The notes beneath the pieces were generated by a model. It was not told the origin of the DNA and ran no database searches. It was given only the letters and a program-made list of their open reading frames with translations. A DNA stretch of 64,000 nt from NCBI GenBank assembly GCA_051971635.1, contig JBFPLN010000006.1, positions 1-64,000 of the forward strand. The letters are read 5' to 3'. The stretch is from Candidatus Atelocyanobacterium thalassae (GTDB taxonomy: Bacteria; Cyanobacteriota; Cyanobacteriia; Cyanobacteriales; Microcystaceae). The position numbers and the translations under genes are program-made. Of this stretch, positions 20,380-31,389 are shown in pieces (the stretch's first letter is position 1; the number at the start of each line of letters is the position of its first letter).

Positions 20380-22134
20380 TTATTCTTCAGTGATTTTAAC
20401 AAGTAAATTATCTATATTCCAGAATGCTCCTCCCAACGGTGTGTACTTAATATCTTCAAAACGATTTTTAACTGCAGCGAAAGAATAAGGATTAACCAAA
20501 TAAATGAATGGTACGTTTTCTGAAACTATTGCTTGAGCTTCTGCGTAAATCTCTTTTCTTTTTTCCATGGAGAGTTCTTGGGAGCCAGATACGTATAACT
20601 TTTCGATTTTTTTCTCCCATTCTGATACTGTTCTACCAATAACTAATCTTGAGTTCGACTGTGAATCTTGATTAAACATATGAAGATTACCGTCCGTATA
20701 CCAAATATTGGGAGAATGTGGTTCATTGCCTCCTGTGAAACCAATAATATTAGCTTCCCAATCCAAAGAATTACTTAATTTATCTATTAATACATTAAAA
20801 GCAAGAGGACTAAAGTTAACTTTTATTCCTAACTCTTTTAAATCTTCTTTGATTTGTGCTCCAATGGCTTCCCGGACTTTATTCCCTGCATTAGTTATTA
20901 AATTAAATTCTACATAGTTTCCATTCTTATCTATTAAATTAGAATTTGCATCATATTTAAAGCCTTCCTTCAGCAATAAGTCTTTAGATTTGTTAACGTC
21001 GTAGTTATATCCCTTAATTGTTTTATCATAGTAGGGAGATTGTATTGAAATCTGAGAATTCTGAAGACTTCCTAGGCCTCTATAAATATTATTTATTATT
21101 CGGGTCCTATTAATTCCATAGGCAATAGCTTTTCTGAAATTTTTATTATTAAACCAACCTGATTTAATTGGATCTATTAAAGGCTTTCCGTTTCTTGTAC
21201 CTTTATTAAGATTGAATGACAAAAAGTTTGTACCATAAGAGGGACCTCCGTTATAAATAGTAAAGTTATTGCGCTTTTCTTCCCTTTTTAAAAGAGAGAA
21301 ATATTCGGGTGTAACATTAATGGAATCTAAGCCTCCAGATCTAAATTGCAACAACGCAGTATCAGTAGATTCTACAATTTCCCAAATAACATTTTGAATG
21401 TTAGGTAATTGATGACCTTCAGGATTTTTTCTCCAATAATAAGGATTTTTTTCAAAAATTATTCTTTGACTAGTAATATATTTTTTAATTTTAAAAGGGC
21501 CATTAACAACAATATCTTTAGGAGAAGTATTAGTTCCCCAAGTTGATAAAAATCTTGGATTCCCCTTGTCATCAACATCTTTTACACTGTTAAGCAATAA
21601 ATGAGCAGGTAATATGGGAAGTTGGGCGTTATCCAAGAAAGGAGCAAATGGTTCAGAAATTCTAAACTCAATATGCTGTTGATCAATTTTTCTTATAATT
21701 GGTAAATCTCCATTTTTACCTACTCTAAGATTATCTCTATAGTTATTAGGGATTTGTTTATTAAGGTATAGATCGTTATAGGTAAAAATAACATCATCTA
21801 CAGTTAAGTCTTTACCATCAGACCACTTAAGATTTTTTCTTAAGGTAAATAAGATACTTAATTTATCATCAGAAATTTTCCAAGACCTTGCTAATGCTGG
21901 CTCTTTTTTACCAGTTATAGGATTTTCTGTGATTAGTCCTTCATAAGTTAATGAAAAGATATTTGGAGACTCCTGAGACAAAACTGCATTAAAAGTTTTA
22001 GGATCACTTAAAACGGATAAAACGACTTGATTCTTGTTATTACTTACGACACAAGCATTGAGTTGCAATAAACATATACTTGCGAAAACAATCAATAACC
22101 AACGCAGAAAAATAAAGTATTTTTTTTTGTACAT
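20380..22134 (-). CDS. Peptide/nickel ABC transporter substrate-binding lipoprotein (family 5)
   Basis: Lipobox LNAC, DPKTFN, LKWSDG..TVDDVIFT, NGPF, FRKAIAYGINR. Confidence 0.9.
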   Translation of the reverse strand: MYKKKYFIFLRWLLIVFASICLLQLNACVVSNNKNQVVLSVLSDPKTFNAVLSQESPNIFSLTYEGLITENPITGKKEPALARSWKISDDKLSILFTLRKNLKWSDGKDLTVDDVIFTYNDLYLNKQIPNNYRDNLRVGKNGDLPIIRKIDQQHIEFRISEPFAPFLDNAQLPILPAHLLLNSVKDVDDKGNPRFLSTWGTNTSPKDIVVNGPFKIKKYITSQRIIFEKNPYYWRKNPEGHQLPNIQNVIWEIVESTDTALLQFRSGGLDSINVTPEYFSLLKREEKRNNFTIYNGGPSYGTNFLSFNLNKGTRNGKPLIDPIKSGWFNNKNFRKAIAYGINRTRIINNIYRGLGSLQNSQISIQSPYYDKTIKGYNYDVNKSKDLLLKEGFKYDANSNLIDKNGNYVEFNLITNAGNKVREAIGAQIKEDLKELGIKVNFSPLAFNVLIDKLSNSLDWEANIIGFTGGNEPHSPNIWYTDGNLHMFNQDSQSNSRLVIGRTVSEWEKKIEKLYVSGSQELSMEKRKEIYAEAQAIVSENVPFIYLVNPYSFAAVKNRFEDIKYTPLGGAFWNIDNLLVKITEE

Positions 22135-22228
22135 TGTATTCAAGTAATTGATTAATAATACTATCTAGAATATTAAAGAAAATAAGCGAATGTCTCACTA
22201 AATAAATCATCTTCTCACATAGCTTCAA

Positions 22229-23254
22229 TTAATAGTTAATGCGAGGATCAATATAGGCGTTGACCAAATCAACTAGAATACTTATTGAAACTACAATTAC
22301 GGAGAAAAAAACCATAATTCCTTGGACTGTTGCGTAATCTCTTGCAGCTATTGCTTGATATAAGCTATTTCCCAAGCCAGGCCAAGAAAAAGTTACTTCA
22401 GTTAAAACCGCACCACCTAATAGAGAAGAAAAAATTAAACCGAGAATAGTAACAATTGGAATAAGAGCATTTTTTAAAGCATAAGCTAATAAAATTCTAT
22501 GTTCGGGAATACCTCTAGCTCTAGCAGCCTCAACATACTTTGTCTGAAGGGTATGTTGAAGGTTTAGTCTTACTATTCTTTCAAAAACACCACTTAGTAA
22601 TAAACCTAAAGTTATGCAAGGTAGCATTAGATGATGAATAGAAACGAAGAATTGATAAAGATTCCCATTTATAAGACTATCTACAGTATAAATTCCTGTT
22701 ATTTTACTGGGAGGAATCTTATCTACTGGAAAACGAGTTCCAAGAGGAAGCAGTTTAAGCTGCACTGCAAAGATTAACTGAAAAACCATGCCTACCCAAA
22801 AAACTGGTAAAGAATAAGATATTATTCCGAATAATCGGCTAGTTAAATCTACTATAGTGTTAGGGTTTAATGCTGATATTATTCCTGCAATTGTTCCAAT
22901 AATTATTGCTATAACCATGCTATATATTGTTAATTCAGCAGTAGCAGGAAAATGTTGTTTGATTATCTCCCATACTGGCTGTCCTTGGTTAACAATAGAA
23001 TTTCCTAAATTTAAAAATAAAAGTTGTCCTAAATAGTTCAAATATTGCAACCAGAGTGGCTGGTTTAGTCCTAGAGTTTCTCTTAAGTTTTCTTTAGCAA
23101 ACTCCGGAGCGCGATTTCCTAGAATTGCATCAACTGGATCTCCTGTTGCTACTCTTAAAAGCAAAAATACTAAAGTGACTATTGTCCATATCATTACAGG
23201 AGCAATAAGTAAACGAACAAGAATATAGTTTTGTATTGCTTTAAAACGAGACAT
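22229..23254 (-). CDS. Peptide ABC transporter permease (DppB/OppB type)
   Basis: GDPV, FPATAEL, YVEAARARG (EAA motif), TEVTFSWPGLG. Confidence 0.92.
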   Translation of the reverse strand: MSRFKAIQNYILVRLLIAPVMIWTIVTLVFLLLRVATGDPVDAILGNRAPEFAKENLRETLGLNQPLWLQYLNYLGQLLFLNLGNSIVNQGQPVWEIIKQHFPATAELTIYSMVIAIIIGTIAGIISALNPNTIVDLTSRLFGIISYSLPVFWVGMVFQLIFAVQLKLLPLGTRFPVDKIPPSKITGIYTVDSLINGNLYQFFVSIHHLMLPCITLGLLLSGVFERIVRLNLQHTLQTKYVEAARARGIPEHRILLAYALKNALIPIVTILGLIFSSLLGGAVLTEVTFSWPGLGNSLYQAIAARDYATVQGIMVFFSVIVVSISILVDLVNAYIDPRINY

Positions 23255-23423
23255 TAAAATAAATAACAACAAATATTTTACACATACTCTATTATTCTAA
23301 AGGTTTTAGTTTAATTTAGTCATCCTTTGAGTATCAATTTAAAATGCTCTAATTTATTCCTAGAGTTTTTGATCAATCAGCTTTAACGTGAAGGGTCTAG
23401 TTTTTACTATTTTGTCAATCATA

Positions 23424-23456
23424 GACTAAACTATTTCCTATACAAATAGTTTAGTC
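23424..23456. repeat. 13-bp perfect inverted repeat in a divergent intergenic region
   Basis: GACTAAACTATTT-CCTATAC-AAATAGTTTAGTC. Confidence 0.7.
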
Positions 23457-23703
23457 ATATAAAGCTTATGTAAATGTGAAATTAATTTTTAAGTTGTATT
23501 TAAGTTTATAGAAAGTTTATAGAAAATTTCTACAAATACTTTAAATATAAAACTAAATTAGTAAAAGTATTCCTATATATTAAATAGCAGAATTTATTTA
23601 AAGGTTTTTTCTTTAGGCCGTAAATGAAGAAATTAACAAAAATAGTTAGAATATAAGACTAGTTTAAGATCTAGAGCAAGAAATTCATCTTTCGGTATGC
23701 TCC

Positions 23704-24837
23704 ATGGCAGCATTTTTCAATAATCACTTTAAAGTTTTAATTCGTCCTCTAAAATACAAGGATCTTGATTGGTTAAAGACCTTAGATGCTGAAGAAGTTC
23801 AGGTTCAACCTAGTTTAGACTATATTTCTTTCCAAGAAGAATTAAAACAGACTAGGTACTGGTCTAGGTTAATAGAAATTTTTAATTGGCTTCCTAATCT
23901 TTTTGGAAATTATCGTAAAGTATACATTGCAGAATTGTTAAATATCTCTGGTGACTCAATATTAAAAGGAGTCATTCATATTTCTCCTTTTAATATAAGT
24001 TTGAGTACTTGGCGTATTGAAAGAATTATAGTTGTTTCAGATGAAAAACGACATGAAAAATTGAGTAATTCTAAGGAACTTGGAGCTCAGCTATTACGTT
24101 ATTGCTTAGAAATTATATGCGAAGCGAGAACTTGGATTTTAGAAGTTGACATTAACCGAAATGATTTCCTATCTCTATATCGCCAGAATGGATTTCAGCC
24201 TTTAGCTAAGCTTACTTACTGGTTATTAAATTCAAAACTGTTGTGGACTCTATCACAACAAAGTTCAAACATTCCGAATCTTTTACCTGTTAGTAATTCG
24301 GATGCGCATTTACTATACCAACTAGATTGTGTCTCCATGCCTCCTCTATTACGTCAAGTTCTTGATCGAAATCCTCAAGATTTTAAAACATCTTTGTTAA
24401 CATCAATATTTACGAAATGGCAACAATGGTTCTTTGAGAAAGAAATAGCCAAGGGTTATGTTTTCGAGCCTCAGAGAAAAATAGCAATTGGTTACTTTAA
24501 GTTAATCTTATCGAAAAATAATTATCAACCACATCAGGCATATTTAATTATTCATCCTGGATATACTTGGCTTTATTCAAAATTGTTGATACAGATAGCA
24601 CAAATTATTCAAAAATATCCTAATCAAAATTTAGAAATCGTCTCGGCAGATTATCAATATGAGAGAGAAAATTATTTAGAAAAGCTTGGAGTAAACCGCT
24701 CTAAACATACTTTATTGATGTCACGTTCTGTATGGCATAAGCTTAAAGAAGTAAAAACGAACGAACTTTATTTATCTGAAATGCTGCAAGGATTACGTAT
24801 GGCTCCTAGGAATCCTATTCCTGATAGATTTTTATAA
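23704..24837 (+). CDS. Cyanobacterial GNAT-family acetyltransferase-like protein
   Basis: G.QLLRYC, LYRQNGFQPLA, NLLPVSNSDA, TLLMSRSVWHK blocks. Confidence 0.75.
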   Translation: MAAFFNNHFKVLIRPLKYKDLDWLKTLDAEEVQVQPSLDYISFQEELKQTRYWSRLIEIFNWLPNLFGNYRKVYIAELLNISGDSILKGVIHISPFNISLSTWRIERIIVVSDEKRHEKLSNSKELGAQLLRYCLEIICEARTWILEVDINRNDFLSLYRQNGFQPLAKLTYWLLNSKLLWTLSQQSSNIPNLLPVSNSDAHLLYQLDCVSMPPLLRQVLDRNPQDFKTSLLTSIFTKWQQWFFEKEIAKGYVFEPQRKIAIGYFKLILSKNNYQPHQAYLIIHPGYTWLYSKLLIQIAQIIQKYPNQNLEIVSADYQYERENYLEKLGVNRSKHTLLMSRSVWHKLKEVKTNELYLSEMLQGLRMAPRNPIPDRFL

Positions 24838-25033
24838 ATTTAAATATTAATAAAATTTTGCGAAAAAATATTAATAATTTCTTATAAAAAACGTTCATAT
24901 TTTTTGTTTAATTACATCAACAAAACAAATCTTTACTACCTTCAAAAATTGAAAAAATATAATATTATGCAAATCTTATTAAATTATTGAGATAACATAA
25001 AGTCTTAATCTTATTTTGGTGTTGAAACTTATC

Positions 25034-25378
25034 GTGTCCCAACTTAATCTAAATTTGGCTCAAGGATCCATAAAATTCAATTTTCCTTTTGAAGCTGCAC
25101 AAGCTTTAAAAGGAGAAATTGATGACTTAATGCAAAGCTTGAAAAGAGTTGCATCTAAGATTAATAATGGAGAACAAAAAAAAGCAGAAAAATCTCTAGA
25201 TTATCAGCATAGGGGAGAAGTGTTTGTAGAAATTTTTTGTAATCCAAATATTTATCCTACTCCTTTTGCTGCGAAGGTACTACTTACAATTAAAAATGAA
25301 GAAATTCGCTTTAGTACAGAAACAGAACTAACTCGAATAGTTGATGATTTAAGGCAATATCTCGAACAATTTAGCTAA
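25034..25378 (+). CDS. Conserved cyanobacterial hypothetical protein
   Basis: EIFCNPNIYPTPFAAKVL block; probable GTG start 25034. Confidence 0.75.
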   Translation: MSQLNLNLAQGSIKFNFPFEAAQALKGEIDDLMQSLKRVASKINNGEQKKAEKSLDYQHRGEVFVEIFCNPNIYPTPFAAKVLLTIKNEEIRFSTETELTRIVDDLRQYLEQFS

Positions 25379-25389
25379 CTAGTAATATG

Positions 25390-25427
25390 GATAAATGGTA
25401 ATATAGACAGCTACATTACCATTTATC
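25390..25427. terminator. Bidirectional hairpin terminator
   Basis: GATAAATGGTAAT...ATTACCATTTATC between convergent genes. Confidence 0.65.
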
Positions 25428-25548
25428 TGAACTATTCAATAAAAACATTAGTTAAACATTTATATAAAGTCTATATATTTTGTTTTCGAGCATGATAATT
25501 TACTGATTTTAATTCTAGATGTCTAAACTAAATAGAATTGTATTGTTT

Positions 25549-28440
25549 CTATTTAGAAATAATTGGTGAATTCATTCCCGTTTTAAAAATGGAGTTTAAT
25601 GCCTCATTCAAAGTTTTTGCCATAACAACTTTATTCTCATAAACAACTATTACTCTAACTAAAGTTGGTAAACTATTTTTTTCTGCTTCTAGATATAATG
25701 GTTCAACATAAAGTAAAGATTGCTCCTTAAAGAAAGGAATCACTAAAAGATTTCCTTGTATAACTCGTGATTTTTGTCTATTCCATAAAGAAATTTGTTG
25801 AGAAATAACTGGATCTTGACTAATCAATGCTTCTACTTGCTCTGGTCCATAAATGATTCTTTGCTTAGGTAATCTAAACAATAACATCTCACCATAATTG
25901 TTTTCATCTGAACGAGCAAATAATCCAGCAATTAAATTATTACGACTAGTAGGAGTATAAACATTAAATAACATAAATTCTGGCATATCGTTTAGTAGGC
26001 TTATCAATAAATAATAAGGTTCTACCGGTTGTTGATTTTCTCCATAGATTTCTTGAGGAATTCGCCACTGATCTTCCCGATTATAAAAAACCTGAGGATC
26101 CGTCATATGATAAGTTAACAACCTCTCTGATTGGGCATTAAACATATCTTTTGGATAACGTATATGATTTTTGATGAAAGGAGGAATTTTTTGAAATGGT
26201 TTGAAAAGATTAGGAAATATCTTACTCCATGTTTTAATCAATGGATCATCTGGATCACTTATATAAAAGTTAGTATCTCCATCATAAGCATCAATAACAA
26301 TCTTCACTGAATTACGAATATAGTTAAAAGTAAAATTTCCTGGCTCAGAGTAGGGATAACGATCACTAGTTGTATAAGCATCAATTATCCAATACAGCTT
26401 CGTTTCTTCTAAGTTACTATTTTTTGCTTGTACTTTGGTTGTTACTAAATAAGGATCATTATCAAAGATAAGAAATGGAGCAATTGTTCTTACCCTACTA
26501 TTAATATTACGACGAAAAATTAGTCGGGTATCTGGAGTAAAATTACGGGTAAATATCATTTGCCAATCTCTTAGATAGTTAGCAAATAAAGTTCTCCTGA
26601 CCCAATTTTTAATTTTAATTCCTCCTTTTCCATCATAAGTATTGTAGACATTATCTTGACCACTAGGAAAATCTAGTTCTTGAACTTCTGTATTGGTCAT
26701 GATATAAGTATTAGTTGACTCTCCAAAGTAAATTCTAGGATTATCAATAGAAATATTGTTTTCTGATATATTCTTAAAACTTTCTAAGTTTTTTATTTTA
26801 TTTTTTGTATTAATATTCTGTACAGAATAAAATGGTAATCCACCTTCATCTACTTTGTTGACTGGTGATAAAGTAAATCCATAGCCATGAGTATATACTA
26901 AATGCTTGTTGACCCAAGTTTTTGCAGGTTCTGGTACTTCTTCATAGTCTAATTCTCGGGCAGCAATTAAAACTTGTTGCTTGACAACTTTAGATAAATT
27001 GTCATCTTCTGCTAGCGAGATAGAATAACGATCAATATCCGCATCGTTAAATTTATAATAAAGACGAAGTTGTTGTAGTTGGCGATTGGTTTGTAATAAA
27101 GGACGAGGATCCCATAAACGTATATTATTAATGGTAAGACGATTTTCGTCTAAGAATTTTTCAGTTAAGTTTCCAGTTCCATGAAAAGTTTTAATTTTTA
27201 TTTTATCAAGATTAAAAGCTCGGCGAGTTGAAGCAATATTGCGTTTTATATATGGTATTTCTTGAGCTAACTCATTAGGTTCTACAATTAAGCTTTGTAC
27301 AATTTCTTGGCCAAGCCAAGTAATAGGTAAAATAGCTACATATATAAATAATGGAGAATAATAAAAAATACTTTTTACGTCATTTTTGATTCCTCGAAGT
27401 AATAGTATTAGAGAAATAATAATTGCTATGACTGCTGTCAGTGTATAAATAGGAATAAGAAAATAGATATCTGTATAACTAGCTCCAAAAACAACTCCTC
27501 TAGTGGAATACAGTAATTCGTATCTGGCTAACCAATTATGAAATGCAACATCTAATGTGAATAAACCACTTAAAATAAATATATGACGTAATTGTTCCTG
27601 AGAGAATCCTGGAAATTGACCGTGTCCTAGACTGTTAGCAGCTGTAACATAAGTCAAGATTACGTAAATCAATCCAAATAAGAATAAACCACCTAACCAG
27701 AAATCAATTAGTTTCCAAAATGGAAAGCTAAAAATATAAAAACTAATATCTTTGCCAAACTGAGGATCAGCTTCACCAAAAGGGGTAGAGTATAAATATT
27801 GTAAAACTCGAGACCAATTACTCGATAGCGTTAGACCTAATGTAAGACTAAAAATTAAAGATGTGATTTGAGAACAAAGTCTGATGTTGAATAAAATTAA
27901 ACATATTATTCCTCCAACAAAACATATCTTCCATAGTTGATTTACTTCTTGAAGAATAAATTTAAAATTAAAATCTAAAAAAGATAGGGAAGGTATTGCT
28001 GGTATCTTATCTTGTAAAGGAAAGTTAGATATCCAAGAACTATAAGCAACTTCACCGTAATATAAGAGCATTAATCCTACCATTACCCCCAATCCCATAA
28101 CAATAAAAATTAAATAGAATAATCTTATTGAAGGATAGTTCTCTAACTGTATAGATTTGGACTTCTTTTTGAGTCGTGCATTATGGTTTTGAACAAAATT
28201 ACTCCACTTATAACGTTCTGCCCGATTTAAATTTACAAACAAAAACCATACAGAGCAGCTGCTGACAAATATTAACAAGCCTAGTTTCCAAAAAAGTTGC
28301 TTAAAAAAAGCTTCTAGATAGCCAACTTCTTCAAACCAAAATTTTTCTACAATAATGTAAGAAAATAATTCACAAAAGCATCCAATAACTAGTAGAGATA
28401 AACTAAGTTGAATAAAAAAACGTTTTGAAAACTTTAGCAT
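25549..28440 (-). CDS. UPF0182 family membrane protein
   Basis: WFEEVGY, DPQFGKDISFY, NIRLWDP, HLVYTHGYG, YHMTDPQVFYNRED. Confidence 0.93.
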   Translation of the reverse strand: MLKFSKRFFIQLSLSLLVIGCFCELFSYIIVEKFWFEEVGYLEAFFKQLFWKLGLLIFVSSCSVWFLFVNLNRAERYKWSNFVQNHNARLKKKSKSIQLENYPSIRLFYLIFIVMGLGVMVGLMLLYYGEVAYSSWISNFPLQDKIPAIPSLSFLDFNFKFILQEVNQLWKICFVGGIICLILFNIRLCSQITSLIFSLTLGLTLSSNWSRVLQYLYSTPFGEADPQFGKDISFYIFSFPFWKLIDFWLGGLFLFGLIYVILTYVTAANSLGHGQFPGFSQEQLRHIFILSGLFTLDVAFHNWLARYELLYSTRGVVFGASYTDIYFLIPIYTLTAVIAIIISLILLLRGIKNDVKSIFYYSPLFIYVAILPITWLGQEIVQSLIVEPNELAQEIPYIKRNIASTRRAFNLDKIKIKTFHGTGNLTEKFLDENRLTINNIRLWDPRPLLQTNRQLQQLRLYYKFNDADIDRYSISLAEDDNLSKVVKQQVLIAARELDYEEVPEPAKTWVNKHLVYTHGYGFTLSPVNKVDEGGLPFYSVQNINTKNKIKNLESFKNISENNISIDNPRIYFGESTNTYIMTNTEVQELDFPSGQDNVYNTYDGKGGIKIKNWVRRTLFANYLRDWQMIFTRNFTPDTRLIFRRNINSRVRTIAPFLIFDNDPYLVTTKVQAKNSNLEETKLYWIIDAYTTSDRYPYSEPGNFTFNYIRNSVKIVIDAYDGDTNFYISDPDDPLIKTWSKIFPNLFKPFQKIPPFIKNHIRYPKDMFNAQSERLLTYHMTDPQVFYNREDQWRIPQEIYGENQQPVEPYYLLISLLNDMPEFMLFNVYTPTSRNNLIAGLFARSDENNYGEMLLFRLPKQRIIYGPEQVEALISQDPVISQQISLWNRQKSRVIQGNLLVIPFFKEQSLLYVEPLYLEAEKNSLPTLVRVIVVYENKVVMAKTLNEALNSIFKTGMNSPIISK

Positions 28441-28810
28441 TGTGTAAAGATCAGAATTTTAAATATAAGAAATGAAAACCACAAAAGTAAATATTAATGT
28501 CTTCACATAAGATTTTATTACTCATGTTTTAATTTGTAGTGCTAATTTTTGTAAACATTGTATTGTTATCTGATTGGTTATAGTTTCTATAAAAATTAAT
28601 ATTTTATGATTATTATTTATTAGTTGTTTAATCTGTTATAAACTTGATAAATTCAGAAAATAAGGTACTTGCAAAGTTTAATTAATACATAATATATAAG
28701 TAAAGAAATATCTTATATATTAATTCTTAAGAGCTTGGAATATTAGAATAGTATTTTGTGAAATGAGTTATATGTAACTATACATTTTGATCAATTATAA
28801 AAATATATGA

Positions 28811-28844
28811 AAAAGTTTTCTACTTTTAAAAATAGAAAACTTTT
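28811..28844. terminator. Probable terminator hairpin downstream of rpoC1
   Basis: AAAAGTTTTCTA...TAGAAAACTTTT. Confidence 0.5.
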
Positions 28845-28917
28845 TGATAAGATATAATTTATTCTTTTAACAGTTTTATACTAATTTTTTGATGGTATAA
28901 AAATAAGTTAAAAAAAA

Positions 28918-30807
28918 TTAGTGCAATAAAGCTAAAGCATCTTGAATCGTTTTATTATAGATTATTCGTCCTGCTGTAGTACGAATAAATTGAGAAAGAA
29001 TTTCTCCATTTAATTCTCTGACTTTGCGTTCTCTGTAATACTTAATTATACTGCCATCTTCAGATGTTTCTGTTTTTATTACTTCTTTATCTGGTTTATC
29101 CGTAACAATCTCTTCATAAGGATCTTCACAACGGAGCCAAACATAAGCATGTAAATCAATATTGCCTTGTTCGTAAGCTTTGATAGCATCTTCGAAATTA
29201 GCAAAGTATCTTCCTCCTCCTTTTTGAGCTTCAGGATTTTCTGCTGTAAGATAATAACATCCGAGAACCATATCTTGCGAAGGAGCAACTATCGGAGCTC
29301 CTGTTGCTGGAGATAAAATATTATGGCAAGCTAACATTAATAATCTTGCTTCTGCTTGAGATTCTAAAGATAAAGGAACATGGACTGCCATTTGATCACC
29401 ATCGAAGTCAGCATTAAATGCTGGACAAACTAAGGGATGCAATTGAATAGCTCTTCCTTCAACTAAAATTGGCTCAAATGCTTGAATTCCCAGACGATGT
29501 AAAGTAGGAGCACGATTGAGCAAAACAGGATGTCCAGTGATTACTTCTTCTAGGACATTCCAAATGCTAGAATCACCCTTAATGATAAGCTTTTTAGCAG
29601 CTTTAATGTTATTTACTAGTCCTAAACGAATTAAACGATGAATTACGAAAGGTTGAAATAACTCAATAGCCATCTCACGAGGTAGTCCACATTGATAAAT
29701 CTTTAATTTTGGTCCTACTACAATTACAGAACGGCCAGAATAGTCAACCCTTTTCCCTAAAAGATTTTGGCGGAAACGACCTTGCTTCCCTTCAATGATG
29801 TCAGACAGAGATTTAAGTGGTCTATTATTTGCTCCTACTACCGTACGACCCCTTCTTCCATTATCAATTAAAGCATCAACTGCTTCTTGCAGCATTCGCT
29901 TTTCATTTCGAACAATAATTTCTGGAGCTAGAATCTCTTGGAGTCTCGCCAAGCGATTATTGCGGTTAATAACTCTTCGATACAAATCATTTAAATCAGA
30001 TGTGGCAAAACGCCCTCCATCTAATTGAACCATAGGACGAAGATCCGGAGGAATTACTGGAATTACTTCTAGAACCATCCATTCAGACAATGATCCAGTA
30101 GCGATAAAATTATCTATTACTCGTAGACGCTTAATTAATTTAGCTCTTTTTTGTCCTTTACTTTGAGTAATTTCTTCTCGTAATTTTTCCGCTATTTCTT
30201 CTAGATCCATTTCCTGCAGCAATCGATGAATAGCTTCCGCTCCGATACCAACTTCTATTCCATATAAATCTGAATCTTCAGCATAAATTTGATCTTCAAT
30301 TTCGATCCACTGTTCTTCAGTTAATAATTGCTTGTACTGGAGATTACTAGCATTACCAGGATCTAGTACTACATAAGCGTTAAAGTAGACAATTTGTTCT
30401 ACATCCTTTAAAGCCATATCAAGCAAAATGCTCATATAACTAGGAATTCCTTTTAAGTACCATACATGTGTAACAGGAGCAGCTAATTTTATAAACCCCA
30501 TGCGATGTCGGCGAACACGTGATTCTGTAACTTCAACTCCACAACGTTCACAAACAATACCACGATGACGAACTCTTTTATATTTGCCACACCAGCATTC
30601 CCAGTCCTTTGAAGGACCAAAAATCCGTTCACAAAATAGTCCATCCATCTCTGGTTTCAAAGTTCTGTAATTGATGGTTTCAGGTTTTGTTACTTCTCCA
30701 ACAGTGGTACCATTTGGAAGAATTCTTTCTCCCCACTGACGAATACGTTCTGGAGAAGCTAATCCAATTTTGACATAGTCAAATCTTGTATCTTGTGCTG
30801 GTTTCAT
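28918..30807 (-). CDS. rpoC1: RNA polymerase gamma subunit
   Basis: NADFDGDQM catalytic motif, Zn finger CWC...CERC, 629 aa (split cyanobacterial beta'). Confidence 0.99.
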   Translation of the reverse strand: MKPAQDTRFDYVKIGLASPERIRQWGERILPNGTTVGEVTKPETINYRTLKPEMDGLFCERIFGPSKDWECWCGKYKRVRHRGIVCERCGVEVTESRVRRHRMGFIKLAAPVTHVWYLKGIPSYMSILLDMALKDVEQIVYFNAYVVLDPGNASNLQYKQLLTEEQWIEIEDQIYAEDSDLYGIEVGIGAEAIHRLLQEMDLEEIAEKLREEITQSKGQKRAKLIKRLRVIDNFIATGSLSEWMVLEVIPVIPPDLRPMVQLDGGRFATSDLNDLYRRVINRNNRLARLQEILAPEIIVRNEKRMLQEAVDALIDNGRRGRTVVGANNRPLKSLSDIIEGKQGRFRQNLLGKRVDYSGRSVIVVGPKLKIYQCGLPREMAIELFQPFVIHRLIRLGLVNNIKAAKKLIIKGDSSIWNVLEEVITGHPVLLNRAPTLHRLGIQAFEPILVEGRAIQLHPLVCPAFNADFDGDQMAVHVPLSLESQAEARLLMLACHNILSPATGAPIVAPSQDMVLGCYYLTAENPEAQKGGGRYFANFEDAIKAYEQGNIDLHAYVWLRCEDPYEEIVTDKPDKEVIKTETSEDGSIIKYYRERKVRELNGEILSQFIRTTAGRIIYNKTIQDALALLH

Positions 30808-31389
30808 ATTTGATGATTTTAAAAATATAAAATTTTTTTCTTATCTCTACTAATTACTGTATAGCTAATTTTGTAGAAGATTTAGTAATGTGGTGAAAGA
30901 ACTCAATAGCAGTTAAAGGTAAAGTCGAGACTTTAAAGTAAAATAATGAGTATTAATTTTTGTATTTAACACAATGACGTTTTTTACTTTTATTTTGAGT
31001 GTATGATTCTAAAAATCTTGGAAATAATTAGTCTTTATACTAAAGGATCTTAATATTAATTGTAGTTTTTATTAAAAACCTCCGTTTTGAGTTTATTCTT
31101 TAAAATATCTACCAAGGATAATACACATTAGGCGCCAAATTAAATTGGCACTCTATCATACATTTTTTTAGGTTTTAGAGCAATATATTAAATATAAGTA
31201 AACAATTAATATTTTTAATTATAAATATAACTTATAAACTAAATCAATGTTAATAATTTGAGATTACAACATATAAATATCTGATAAGATTTTAGAATTA
31301 GTCACTTTCAGTTACTTTATTCTAAAACTCTAATGAGACAATTAATTTAGAATTGTTATTTTTATGATTTAACTGAAAACATAAAAAAA

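Noticed and set aside
28918..30807. rpoC1 separated from rpoB/rpoC2 as a novelty
   Set aside because: A detached rpoC1 is already known in Synechocystis-like unicellular cyanobacteria
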